DNA from: Eledone cirrhosa
Lineage: Eukaryota
DNA: 64,000 nucleotides
Direction of reading: 5' to 3'
NCBI GenBank assembly: GCA_964016885.1
Contig: OZ024741.1
Location: 43,214,001 to 43,278,000 of the forward strand
The notes below the pieces were generated by a model. That model ran no database searches and was not told where the DNA came from. It saw only the letters and a list, made by a program, of their open reading frames with translations. This document shows, one piece after another, positions 39,790-52,176 of the stretch; positions within the stretch are counted from its first letter, which is position 1; every line of letters starts with the position of its first letter. The position numbers were made by a program, and so were the translations under genes.

Positions 39790-42700
39790 GTAAAAAAAAA
39801 GTTACTAACTGATATAGAAATTGATCAGATCAAGCTATTAGCACGAAGTCAGCGAAGGGAAAATGAAACATGTGTCAGTGATAACGTGGTAAATTGTAAC
39901 ACTTCGAATCCCAGGGTTGGGGCGAAATCACTGACAACAGAACAAATTAAAGAAAGGTTCGAAAAAGTGTAGGGAGTGCATGCTCAAGATGAAACTCCAA
40001 ATGAAAATAATGAGATCGTAAATGATAAAGAAATGAATGAGAATGAACTTGCCAACTTGAAGGATGAAACTATGATCGAATGGATGAGAATGAAAGAATC
40101 TGACATGGGGGAACGAGACACCCTCCCTAAGATCCAGAACTCCAAACAGAACCAAAAGATAATACACAAGACTAACATAATTCTCAAAAACATTATCATC
40201 ACAAACAAACTAAACATTACTGATTTAAATCATCTCTATTATGTATCGGCTAAAGTCACCACTCACTTATGTGGAGTGAAGATGAAAAAACAAAGGAATT
40301 CCCACAAGAAATCTACTTGGCAAGAGAACATCAATCGCCAAATAAACCTTCTCCGATCTGACATAGAAATTTTAAAAAACTATAAAGTATGTGAACATGT
40401 TAAACAAACTAAACTTAGAAAATTGAAAAGAAAATACAGTTTAAAATCAACAAGTGACATAGACATGCTGATTGAAATAATCAAGCAAAAAGTGTCGGCC
40501 AAAGCTGCTCGTATAAGGCGCTTTGAAAAATGATCTAGATTCTATAAGGACAATAATATGTTCAAAACCAACCAAAGAAACTTCTACAGAAAAATTGGTT
40601 AGTCAGCAATAACTGCTAAATCAATATCACCCAAGGAGGAAGTGCAAGAATTCTGGGAAAAAGATCTGGGCCGAAGAAAAAGTTCATAATATACATGCCC
40701 TATGGATAGACAGACAAATGAAAGATACAGCTCACCTTGAGGAACAAATATGGGAAAATATAACAGTTGAACAGTTGCGTTTGGTTCTAAGAAAAACCAG
40801 CAAATGGAAATCCCCAGGAAAAGACAAAATATAACATTTTTGGATAAATGCCTTCACAGAGAGTAATGAGCTGTTAGCCCAACTTTACAATGAAATAGTT
40901 AAGGAGCCAGAAAAGATACCATCATGGCTAGTTAACGGCATTACATTCCTGCTTCCGAAGAATGATGAGACAAACAATCCCAAAAATTACAGACCGATAA
41001 CTTGCTTGACCACAATGTATAAAATTTTAACATCAGTCCTAACTGAATATACATATGACCACCTGATAACAAATGACCTATTTCCCATTGAGCAGAAAGG
41101 GTGTAAACGAGGCTCATATGGCTGTAAGGATCAGCTTTTGGTTAACAAAATGATACTGGAAGATTGTCATAATAGACACAAAAATCTATCGATTGTTTGG
41201 ATAGATTATAAAAAAGCATTCGATAGTTTGCCACACAGTTGGATTGAAAAATGTTTAGAGATTTTCAAAATATCTCCCGTTGTCAGGAGGTTTTTGTCAT
41301 TCAGTATGAAGACATGGAAAACGACACTCCTTTCGAATAGTGAAACAAAATCACTGAAAGCTGGAGAAATTAATATTAATTGTGGAATGTTTCAGGGTGA
41401 CTCTTTATCACCGCTTTTATACCATCGCACTTATACCATTAAGTAAAATGCTCAATGAAACAAAACATGGATATAAAGTCTATGACAAAACCATTAATCA
41501 CTTGTTCTACGTGGATGACCTGAAACTATTTGAAAAAAATGATGAACAATTGTCCACTATTATCCACTGTGGAGCAGTTCAGTGATGACATTAAAATGGA
41601 GTTTGGACTAGATAAATGCGCCAAAGCAGCGTTCACCAGAGGAAAGCTGCTGAAAAGTTCAGACATTAATCTTGATCGAGGGAATGTGATGAGAGAACTT
41701 GATCAAGAGGTAACTTACAAATATCTAGGTGTTTGTGAAGGAGACGGAATCAAGCACTCGACAATGAGGGAAAGGATAAGGAAGGAAATTTTACCGCAGA
41801 GTAAGAGCAATCTTAAGAACGGAATTGAATGCAAGGAATAGGATCGATGCCATAAACACGCTTGCCATAACAGTAGTAACCTACAGTTACAATGTCATCA
41901 ACTGGTCAAGCACAAAGATCCGTAGGCTCGATACAAACATTCGAAAATTCTTAACCATGCACAGAATGCATCACCCTAAGGCAGATACAGATAGAATATA
42001 TCTCCCTAGGAAAGAAGGAGGACGTGGGTTAATCCATTTAGACATTGCGTTGAAAACTGCAACAATTGGATTATCTACATATCTAAGGGAATCACATGAT
42101 TGGATGATCAAACTCGTTTTGAAACACAAAAGCATCAAATGATCATACTCCATTACAAAAGATGCACAAAGATACAGTAATGGACTACACATTTCAGAAG
42201 TCCCATTTACTGCTGAAATTGAAAATACAGAAAAAGCAAAGCAGGTGAAAGTAACTGCAAAGAAAGAACTGCTACAGAAACTGACTAAGAAATGGCAAGA
42301 AAAGCCTCTGTATGGAAAATACCCAGAACGAGCTAACAATCCTGATGTTGACAAAACTTTAACCCATCAGTGGTTGGCATCCTCTGGACTGAAATCGGAG
42401 ACTGAAGGACTGATTATATCAGCACAAGATCAGTGTCTGCCAACAAAAAATTACCAAGCCAACATAATAAAAAATGGATGCAGCCCATTATGCCGTGTAT
42501 GTAAAAAACAACCAGAGACCATTGACCATATAATTTCAATGTGCAGTCCTATAGCTCCAACCGAATACCTAAACAGGCATGACAGAGCTGCACAATACGT
42601 ACATTGGATAATGTGTAAGCATTTTGACCTGCCCCATCAAAAGAATTGGTGGGAGCATCAACCACCTCCCATACTTAAAAAAGATCACATCTCAATCTTG

Positions 42701-43198
42701 TGGGACTTTAGCATCCAAACAGACCGAAAAATAGATGCAAATAGACCTGATATAATATTGAAGGACTTTAAAATAGGGTATGCCTGCTAATTGATATGTC
42801 CGTTCCAATAGACAAGAATGTATCTATAAAAACATTTGAAAAATTGAGTAAGTATAAGGACCTGGAGATAGAAATTGGAAAAATGTGGAAATTGAGAACT
42901 AAAACAATACCAGTGGTTGTAGGCGCTCTAGGAATGATACCTAAGGGGTCTAATGATTACTTATCGCAAATCCCAGGAAACCCGCGTATAGGAGAAACAC
43001 AAAAGATAGTACTAATGGGAACTGCCCATATACTAAGGAAGATTCTGTCAATATAAGTATATCACAAGTCTAAACACTAAAGATGCATGTGTGAGTATGT
43101 ATGTTCTTTCTTGAACATGGCGGACCTTGTTGTCTCTTGAGGTCACTGGTTGTGACTTGGTGATAACTCGTATGAACATAAAGCAAGATAAATGCAGC

Positions 43199-43266
<68 letters not shown>
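39790..43266 (+). mobile_element. R4/Dong-type RLE LINE, degenerate
   Basis: NYRPITCL, WIDYKKAFD, FQGDSLSP, YVDD, CRVC..H..C, RHD, RPD, KLSKYKDL; ends in (TAA)n. Confidence 0.92.
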
Positions 43267-43268
<2 letters not shown>

Positions 43269-44490
43269 GAAGAAGACGCACGAGCTGACGGAGGTCATGA
43301 AATCGCTCCCGTAAGTTTTGAATTTTTAACATATTTAAATCATTTGTTAAATAACAACTCTTAGTACAAATGCTACGTAAAGCACCCGGCTTGAGCCCCC
43401 AAAAAATTCGGACCCAAAATATATTGTTATAAGGCTCAAATATTCAAATATTCAACTTTGTATTGTACACTGTATATCCAAAAAAAAATGGCTATAAATG
43501 GAAGAAGAAGAACCCCCCCCCCCACCCTCCTCTCCTCCTATATAGGACAGCTAAACTCACCAACACCAGAAACTAGATACACCACCCACCCCATCATCTG
43601 TGTACACTGAACACAACAGCATTTTCACCTTCACCGCCACCGCTCACTACGGCCATCATTACCACCACTATCCCATCACCGCCGCCACCACCCCTTGACT
43701 CCTTCACTGCTGCTGCCACCGCTACAGCACCATCACTACAGTAATACGGCTCAAATATTCAAATATTCAACTTTGTATTGTACACTGTATATCCAAAAAA
43801 AAATAAAATGGCTATAAATGGAAGAAGAAGAACCCCCCCCCCCCCTCCTCTCCTCTGGCTACACTATATAGGACAGCGAAACTCACCAACACCAGAAACT
43901 AGATACACCACCCACCCCATCATCTGTGTACACTAAACACAACAGCATTTTCACCTTCACCGCCACCGCTCACTACGGCCATCATTACCACCACTATCCC
44001 ATCACCGCCGCCACCACCCCCTGACTCCTTCACTGCTGCTGCCACCGCTACAGCACCATCACTACAGTAATACGGTCGCATCACCGCCACCACTGCCTCG
44101 GTATCGACATCACCACCACCACTGTCTCAGTATCGCCAACGCCGCCAGTCTCTGCTGGCTACCACTTCCACATTATAGAATTCCTACTACTAACAAAGAG
44201 GAAGGCATCAAAATATATAGATAGACTCAAAAGAAAAAAGAAAAAACAAACAACAAAAGCAGCACAGCAACAACAGTAAAAAACGAGAAAAACAGAGAAA
44301 AACAAAAACAAAAAAAGAAACCCCAAAAACGTAAAGAAAATAAGAATGAAGAGAGAAGCAGGCGGACGGACAGAGAAGAGGGGGGAAAAAGTAAAACTTA
44401 AAAAACAAAAACTAAGTCAGACATTCGAATACTACATTACAATGAAACTTATGCTTATTCATTTTTGGGGCCCTTTCTGCCCGTGTGTTT
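43267..44490 (+). mobile_element. Tx1-related 5' UTR/ORF1-like fragment with an internal ~320-bp tandem duplication
   Basis: Shares TGACGGAGG, GTAAG and CTTTCTGCCCGT with the Tx1 5' end; units at 43433-43747 and 43748-44073. Confidence 0.5.
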
Positions 44491-44644
44491 GTTTGTTTAT
44501 GTGTGTCCGTATACAGCGTGGTGATAATGCCACACAAGGGCCAAGTGGGATGGCGGATCCACAGATGGCTATGTAAACATACATTCGCCAATCCTCGATA
44601 AGAGTGTTTAAATATCGAACATAAACAGTTCGAATAACGGTGAA

Positions 44645-47600
44645 ATGGAGACTAGAACGTCATGTGACAGACTCTTACCCAACAGGTGCCCCCTGGCTCA
44701 GCAGCAGGAACCTGACTGTCAACCAAATACTGCTGATGTTGGAGGAAGAAGAAGAAGGAAAGGGGCCAGAACCAACTGGACGAAAGAATTGAATAGAACT
44801 GTTATGCAATGCTACCTGAAAAGTAACCCCAAGGAGAGGGGCTACAGGAGACGGATGCATAACATCTGGAACGAGATTGGTTTATTTAAATTAGATGAAC
44901 AAAAATTGGCCGGGCAGGCTCGGGTAATAAGAACTAATGGGTGGATAAGCGAGCTGGAACTGGAGGAACTGAGCAGAGAGAATGGCTTGGAGATGGCGGG
45001 TGTAGTATGCCAGACAAGCGAGCCGGCGGGAAATGAAGGTGAGGAGGTCCTGAGAACGGAGGAACCACCCGAAGTAGACAATGATCTGAATACTGAGATA
45101 AATAATACCTGGAACAGAGAAACGGCCACTGAGGAGATGAATGCTGACGGGCTAGGACAAGATTCGGTTGACATCCTAAATTTAGTGGTAGATGAGTTGA
45201 ACAATGATAGTGGGAGACCTATGAACCTAAGATTTGTAGACAGGAAAAAGTTAAAAGAAACAACAGCTAAGGTAAACAAAGTCATCCCATACCTTGAGGC
45301 GAGGAGTCTTCACCAGTGCAACAATATCCTCAAAGCAACAGCAAATACGGTGAGGAAACTACTTGGTATAAAAGCGAGAGGAAACAACAGACAAGAAAGA
45401 GCAGAGCCGTGGTGGAAGAAGCGACTGGGTGGGCAAATCGGGGAAATGAGAAATGACATAGGAAAGCTTGAGTCACTACTGAATGGGACACTAAAAAACA
45501 TAGGCACTAAAAATAGACTGGAAATAAAATACAAAACTAGGAGTAAAAAGCTAAATATTATCATAGAGGAATTGAAGCAACGCATTGTAGCAAAGAGTGC
45601 CAAAATCAGGCGATACGAGAACAGAGTCAGTCAGTATAAACAGAACCGCATGTTCGACAACAACCAGAAGATGTTGTTTGGACAGCTTGAGGGGAAAGAA
45701 AGAGGCAACGACTTGATCCCTGGGGCGGAACAAGCTAAAACATTCTGGAGAGGAATATGGGAGCAGGATGTTAGAAACAATGCCCAGGCAGGGTGGATTG
45801 AGACAGTACAGAGGGAGATCGGTGAGCAGGCACAGCAACAGACTGATTTGAGTATCACAGTTGAAACTCTTAAGGGGCAAGCCAAAAAACTAACCAACTG
45901 GAAATCACCAGGCCCAGATGGTGTGCAGGGGTATTGGATTAAACATTTAACATCCCTCCACCCGAAGCTGACGGCCATGTTCAATGACTGCTTGGTGTCG
46001 GGTGAGGTGCCAGAGTGGTTGACAAAAGGTACCACAGTTCTGATAATGAAAGACCGAATCAAGGGTAATGATGTTACCAACTATAGACCTATCACATGTC
46101 TGCCCGTAATGTGGAAACTGTTGACGAGCATTGTGTCTGAGGAAATCTACCATCACCTCCACACAAACAACTTGTTGCCGGACGAACAGAAAGGATGCCG
46201 AAAGAAGTCACGTGGTACAAAGGACCAGTTGCTTATTGATAAGATGGTAATGGGGAATTGCAGGAGGAGACACACTGATCTTGCCATGGGATGGATAGAC
46301 TACAGAAAGGCATTTGACATGGTGCCTCATTCCTGGATCACCAAAAGCCTGGAGATCTTCAGGGTGGCAGATAACATCAGACAGTTGCTGGGCAGGAGTA
46401 TGGGGTCCTGGGAGACAGAGTTGACATCAACTGGAGTATCCTTGGGAAGCGTGAAGATCAAGAGAGGTATCTTCCAGGGAGATAGCCTGTCCCCTCTGTT
46501 GTTTGTCCTTGCCCTGATGCCCTTGACCATTATGCTGCGAAAAGTGAGAGCAGGATACAAGTTGGGAAGGGGAGAGCTTACCATCAATCACCTCCTCTTC
46601 ATGGACGATCTTAAGCTCTTCGGGAAAAGTGAGAAGGAGTTGGATGTGCTTGTTGGCACTGTCCGTATTTTCAGCAGTGATATATGTATGCAGTTTGGTA
46701 TTGGTAAATGTGGAGTCATTGTGATGAGGAGGGGTAGGTTGAGCAGAAGTAACGGGATCCAGATACCAACAGGTGAGATGATAAAGGAAATTGACTCTGA
46801 GGAAGGATACAAGTATTTGGGCGTTCTGGAGGCTGATGGCATAAAGAACAAAAAAATGAAGGAATTGTTAAGAACTGAATACATTCGGAGAGTAAGGAGC
46901 GTATTGAAGTCACATCTGAACAGCAGAAATGCCATAAGCGCAGTAAATTCCCGAGCTGTGTCTATTATTAGGTACAGTGCGGGAATTCTGAGATGGAATG
47001 TTGCTGAACAAAAAGAAATGGATAGGAAGACTAGGAAGCTATTGACTATCTACAACATGTTCCACAAGAGGAGTGATGTCGATAGACTCTACCTAAGGAG
47101 ATCTGAGGGTGGAAGAGGTCTTATCAGCATAGAGGACTGTGTTCAGATGGAGAAAAACAACCTATACAAATACGTGAACTATAGTAAGGAGCCAATGCTC
47201 AGAGCTGTACTGAAGGAGGGGACAGTAGGCCAGGGGATACCCAAGGAGGAAATAACATCAAGGAGGAAGAGCAGCCTTAAGGGAAAATCCCTTCATAGTA
47301 CCTTCTTTGAGAAAACTGAATTTAGAGATCCACAGACATGGAACTGGTTGAGAAGAGGAGACCTCAAAAAGGCTACAGAAGGAATGCTAATGGCTGCGCA
47401 GGAGCAGGCCCTCAAAACGAAGTGGTTGAAGCACCATATCTACAAGGAGGAGGCTAGCCCACTGTGCAGGATCTGTGGAGAGAGAGAGGAGACTGTGGCT
47501 CACATTGTGTCCGAGTGTAAACACCTAGCCCAGACCCACTATAAGGGCTGGAGACACGATGTGATGGGCAGGGTGATCCATTGGCACCTGTGCAAAGTAA

Positions 47601-48037
47601 ACAATCTACCACATTCTGAGAAATGGTATGAGCATAGGCCAGAGGCGGTGATGGAGAACAGTCAGGTGAAGGTGCTGTGGGATTTTAGGATACAGACGGA
47701 CAAAAAACTGGAACACAATAGACCTGACCTGGTGGTTGTGGACAAAGAAAAAAGATCGTGCCTGATTGTGGATGTGGCCTGCCCGTTCGACACGAGAGTG
47801 CAAGAGAAGGAGAGGGAGAAAATTAACCGATACCAGGACCTAAAGTGGGAGGTGAAAAGGATTTGGAACTGCCATGAAGTCAAAGTGATCCCGATTGTCA
47901 TAGGCGCACTGGGGACTATCTCCAAAGGTTTCCAGGGATGGTTAAAGAAAATCGGCCCCTTCACGCTTTTTGGAACGCTTCAAAAGGCATGCTTGCTTGG
48001 AACGGCAAGAACCCTCCGAAACGTCCTGAATATCTGA
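44645..48037 (+). CDS. Intact R4/Dong-type retrotransposon protein (Myb-like N-terminus, RT, zinc knuckle, restriction-like endonuclease), 1130 aa
   Basis: Uninterrupted ORF with KSPGPD, YRPITCL, DYRKAFD, FQGDSLSP, FMDD, CRIC..H..C, RHD, RPDLVV, VDVACP, KINRY; short 3' UTR then (AAT)n. Confidence 0.95.
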   Translation: METRTSCDRLLPNRCPLAQQQEPDCQPNTADVGGRRRRKGARTNWTKELNRTVMQCYLKSNPKERGYRRRMHNIWNEIGLFKLDEQKLAGQARVIRTNGWISELELEELSRENGLEMAGVVCQTSEPAGNEGEEVLRTEEPPEVDNDLNTEINNTWNRETATEEMNADGLGQDSVDILNLVVDELNNDSGRPMNLRFVDRKKLKETTAKVNKVIPYLEARSLHQCNNILKATANTVRKLLGIKARGNNRQERAEPWWKKRLGGQIGEMRNDIGKLESLLNGTLKNIGTKNRLEIKYKTRSKKLNIIIEELKQRIVAKSAKIRRYENRVSQYKQNRMFDNNQKMLFGQLEGKERGNDLIPGAEQAKTFWRGIWEQDVRNNAQAGWIETVQREIGEQAQQQTDLSITVETLKGQAKKLTNWKSPGPDGVQGYWIKHLTSLHPKLTAMFNDCLVSGEVPEWLTKGTTVLIMKDRIKGNDVTNYRPITCLPVMWKLLTSIVSEEIYHHLHTNNLLPDEQKGCRKKSRGTKDQLLIDKMVMGNCRRRHTDLAMGWIDYRKAFDMVPHSWITKSLEIFRVADNIRQLLGRSMGSWETELTSTGVSLGSVKIKRGIFQGDSLSPLLFVLALMPLTIMLRKVRAGYKLGRGELTINHLLFMDDLKLFGKSEKELDVLVGTVRIFSSDICMQFGIGKCGVIVMRRGRLSRSNGIQIPTGEMIKEIDSEEGYKYLGVLEADGIKNKKMKELLRTEYIRRVRSVLKSHLNSRNAISAVNSRAVSIIRYSAGILRWNVAEQKEMDRKTRKLLTIYNMFHKRSDVDRLYLRRSEGGRGLISIEDCVQMEKNNLYKYVNYSKEPMLRAVLKEGTVGQGIPKEEITSRRKSSLKGKSLHSTFFEKTEFRDPQTWNWLRRGDLKKATEGMLMAAQEQALKTKWLKHHIYKEEASPLCRICGEREETVAHIVSECKHLAQTHYKGWRHDVMGRVIHWHLCKVNNLPHSEKWYEHRPEAVMENSQVKVLWDFRIQTDKKLEHNRPDLVVVDKEKRSCLIVDVACPFDTRVQEKEREKINRYQDLKWEVKRIWNCHEVKVIPIVIGALGTISKGFQGWLKKIGPFTLFGTLQKACLLGTARTLRNVLNI

Positions 48038-48123
48038 GGCTGCAGGTAGTGGCTTGATATTCAATCCAACGGACTTTCCAGTTAACCAACATCAATGACT
48101 GAGATTCAAGGAATAACAATAAC

Positions 48124-48159
<36 letters not shown>

Positions 48160-48920
48160 TGAAAAGAGGAGACCTTAAAAAGGCTACAGAAGGAATGTTA
48201 ATGGCTGCGCAAGAGCAGGCCCTTAAAACGAAGTGGTTGAAACACCATATTTACAAGGAGGAGGCTAGCCCATTGTGGAGGATCTGTGGCGAGAGAGAGG
48301 AGACTGTGGCTCACATTGTATCTGAGTGCAAACACCTAGCCCAGACTCACTATAAAGGCTGGAGACATGATGGGCAGGGTGATCCACTGGCACCTATGCA
48401 AAGTAAACAATTTACCACATTCTGAGAAGTGGTATGAGCATAAGCCAGAGGCGGTGATAGAAAACGATCAGGTGAAGGTGCTGTGGGATTTTAGGATACA
48501 GACGGACAAGAAACAGGAACACAATAGACCTGACCTGGTGGTTGTGGACAAAGAAAAAAGATCGTGCCTGATTGTGGATGTGGCCTGCCCATTCGACACG
48601 AGAGTGTAAGAAAAGGAGAGGGAGAAAATTAACCGATACCAGGACTTAAAGTGGGAGGTAAAAAGGATTTGGAACTGCCATGAAGTCAAAGTTGTCCCGA
48701 TTGTCATAGGCGCAGTAGGTACTATCTCAAAAAGTTTCCAGGGATGGTTAAAGAAAATTGGCCCCTTCACGCTCTTTGGAACGCTTCAAAAGGCATACTT
48801 GCTGGGAACACCAAGCACCCTCCGATACGTCCTGAATATCTGAGGCTGCAGGTAGTGGCTTGATATTCGTTTCAACAAACTTTCCAGTTAACTAACATCA
48901 ATGACTGGGACTCAAAGAAT
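48160..48920 (+). mobile_element. 5'-truncated copy of the same Dong family, in the TAA tail of the intact copy
   Basis: Near-identical to ~47348-48112, with a frameshift and a stop. Confidence 0.92.
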
Positions 48921-48929
48921 AATAATAAT

Positions 48930-49026
48930 AATTGTTTCTACTTTTGGCACAAGGCCAGCAATTATCCAGTGTATTACTGGTACTTTATTTTATCGACACT
49001 GTAAGGATGAAAGGCAAAGTTAACCA
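48930..49026 (-). mobile_element. SINE 3' fragment
   Basis: Matches the SINE tail. Confidence 0.8.
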
Positions 49027-49254
49027 AAGAATAATAATAATAATAATAATATATAAGGGAACAAATAATCAGTGTTGCAACATATAGATATTTAATTACA
49101 TATTACATATGTTTCACTGTCGATCAGCTCGAGGAACGATTATTATTATTGATACTCTGTTCCTCACGAGCAACGACTTCTCTTATCTGCATACTGCCTA
49201 TGGATGCTTTAATACATACATACCTATATATATATAGAGAGAGAGAGAGAGACT

Positions 49255-49560
49255 GGACAATCTGCTGATATGCAAATCTGGCGGATAACTGGATCTGCTA
49301 ATATGCAGATCTGACTGATCAGCCAGTCTGTTAATATGCAAATCAGGCCGATCAGTCACTGTGTATTTTTGAAAATAGCATATATTTTCACTGGCTCTGA
49401 CGGTTGGCAGGTGAACACTGAGCTTTTCTGATGAAGGGTGACACCCAGAAATATTAGTCTCTGCAGTTCTGTTTACATGCCAAGACAAGAGCAAGAATGA
49501 AGGGTTCATTCTACTGACATGGCTTTATCACTGAGGCTTGTTTGCATAATTGCAAATGAA
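49255..49560 (+). mobile_element. Element with octamer repeats and a degenerate HHR
   Basis: Three ~33-bp repeats containing ATGCAAAT or ATGCAGAT, then CTGATGA-a-gggtg(a)caccc-a-GAAA-tatta-GTC at 49428-49459. Confidence 0.5.
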
Positions 49561-49584
49561 TCGAATGTTATTATTAATATTCGA

Positions 49585-49758
49585 GGGCGGTGGATTGGCA
49601 GTATCGGTAGAGGGTCGGACGCCATGCTTTGCAGCAACGAGTTACCGCCCTTTATGGTCTGAGTTCAAATCCCGCCGAGGTTAACTTTGCCTTTCATCCT
49701 TACGGGGTCGATAAAATTGGGATAATTGCTGGCCTTGTGCCTAAAGTAGAAACAATTG
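49585..49758 (+). mobile_element. SINE
   Basis: Matches the SINE consensus. Confidence 0.85.
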
Positions 49759-50209
49759 TTAATATACGAAAAACTCAGATTGCATTTATTATATACATAT
49801 ACATTTATATATATACATATACATATATTTATGAGTGTGCGTGTGCGTGTTTGTACATGAACATAGATACATAATTAAATACATACCTTCACAGATATAT
49901 GAGATTCACACATATATATATTCAATATATCATGCGAATGTACACATTCATATACTCACGATAGCGAAAGAGAAACGCTGTAGAAGACATAATAAACAGA
50001 TTGAGCGAGAGAGACAGACATAGAAATAGAGATAGAAGGGTGGTATGGCGAGTGTATGATTTATCACTATTGACAGTTCAAGTCTAGACTGCATTTTATC
50101 ACATATTAACAATTCTGGGTATAGATCAATTGATGTCACTCAGGACAGGTCTAACATGACTATAGATATTTCATGATGTAGAAATAAGCCAGGTTACATA
50201 TATGAATGC

Positions 50210-50306
<97 letters not shown>

Positions 50307-50681
50307 CATATTACTCGGAGTACCGATATTACCTTAATGAAACGGCGATAGGGACATTAAAGTGAGCAAGAAAAGATTTTTTTTCTTAATTTGTTTGCTT
50401 TCCCTTATTTGAATTTATTAGGCTCTGAATCTGTTAATTTTATTAACTCTTTCATAGAACCAAACTCCGTATAAGTTGGACACTCTGTATGTATGTATCT
50501 ATACTTGTATCTATACTCATGTAGAGATATATATACTTCTTCCTTTAATATATATATATAAGTTTATCCCGAGTTTAATCTAGGGTACTCAATACAAAGT
50601 AAGGTACTCAATACAAAGCAGGGTATAAATATTTAATATAGAAAAGGCTTCTGCTGGACTAGAACTGTTTCATTCGAGAGA

Positions 50682-50782
<101 letters not shown>

Positions 50783-50789
50783 TTGTTTT

Positions 50790-51487
50790 GTTTTTGTTTA
50801 TGCCACGAAACTACGTAGTCGAGGAATCTAGGAGCAGTTTAGGTATGATACATTTTATTACTAATTATATCTAAATGTTTCTTCTCTCTTCATAATGTAC
50901 TTTTAGCTCTGATACAGGTTCAGTCTAATTCAACCGGATTGGTCTGTCCCAGTCATTCATAGAGCAACATCGGTAAGGTTGGCACCATTAACTCACGGTT
51001 GGATGTGGATGCATTCATGTATATGTGTGTGTTCGCATGTATCTGTGTGTTTCTAAATATATTGTTCATAACTCCCTCTGGCCGAGTAATCTTTGAAGTG
51101 TGGTGACTGCTGGAAAGCTGCCATTACTCATACTTCTCGACTCCTTCACCACCTCATCTACGGCTTCGATATAAATACCCCCTCCGCCTCCGTGGTATTT
51201 TCTTCGGTGTTATAAGAGGCTTAGCTCTGTTTCTTGACCGTTGTATCACGTGACTATCTCCCCCTCCGCCTTTTGGGATTCTTTCTCACATCATATAGAC
51301 GCGTTCTTGAAGCTAGTAAAACGAGGTATCCACTTGATAAGTCGGCAGACCTCGCACAAACTCTATATCTTTATGATGTATTGTTTTTTTTTATGCCACG
51401 AAACTACGTAGTCGAGGAATCTAAGAGCAGTTTAAGCATGATACATTTTATTACTAATTATATCTAAATGTTTCTTCTCTCTTCATA

Positions 51488-51488
<1 letters not shown>
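50790..51488 (+). mobile_element. Retrozyme-like element with ~105-bp direct repeats containing HHR 3' halves
   Basis: GAA-actacgtagt-C at 50807-50820 and 51400-51413 (593-bp period); flanked by (TA)n. Confidence 0.6.
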
Positions 51489-51561
<73 letters not shown>

Positions 51562-51614
51562 GTAAGTATGTATGTATACGTACATACATATATGTATACA
51601 GACGTACAGTAGCA

Positions 51615-51678
<64 letters not shown>

Positions 51679-51834
51679 TACATACAGGTACACATACATA
51701 TATGCACGCATCAGTTTAGCGGACGCTTATTATAACGCCGCTTTGTTCGTTTGTAAACAAACTGAACAGCCTGAATTTATGCCATACGGTGTTAAGGCAA
51801 CCACGTCACCTTTTTGTTCAACACTGACACAGGA

Positions 51835-51877
51835 ACGATGTACTAGTTTCAAGCTTGTTAGCTATCATCAGCACCGT
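51835..51877 (-). ncRNA. Minimal type I HHR, array unit 1
   Basis: acggtg-CTGATGA-t-agct(aaca)agct-t-GAA-actagt-A-catcgt. Confidence 0.85.
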
Positions 51878-51911
51878 ATACCCATCTGCCAGATAGTTGA
51901 ACGTTCGAAAG

Positions 51912-51959
51912 TATATACTTTCCTTATGAAAATTAACGGCTGAGCAGCCTAATTTGCAT
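51912..51959 (-). promoter_or_regulatory. Candidate snRNA-type promoter (octamer plus PSE-like block), repeated in each full unit
   Basis: ATGCAAAT at 51952-51959 and TAATTTTCATAAGGAAAGTATATA at 51912-51935; the same arrangement is at 7067-7113. Confidence 0.45.
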
Positions 51960-52112
51960 ATTGAGTGAGTTAAATCGGTCAGGCATACCGAAAACGATAA
52001 GTTGAAAAAAATGAAAACGAAATTTCATTTGTCACTCTTAGTATGGCACTTACTTAAATGTAAGTATGTATGTATACGTACATACATATATGTATACCGA
52101 CGTACAGTAGCA

Positions 52113-52176
<64 letters not shown>

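Noticed and set aside
44520-44648. HDV-like ribozyme in the Dong 5' UTR
   Set aside because: A TCCTCG motif and hairpins are present, but I could not assemble a canonical nested pseudoknot by eye; needs a covariance-model search
44675-47964. Antisense ORFs within the LINE
   Set aside because: Shadow frames of the Dong ORF; the same holds for those inside Tx1 and the PLEs
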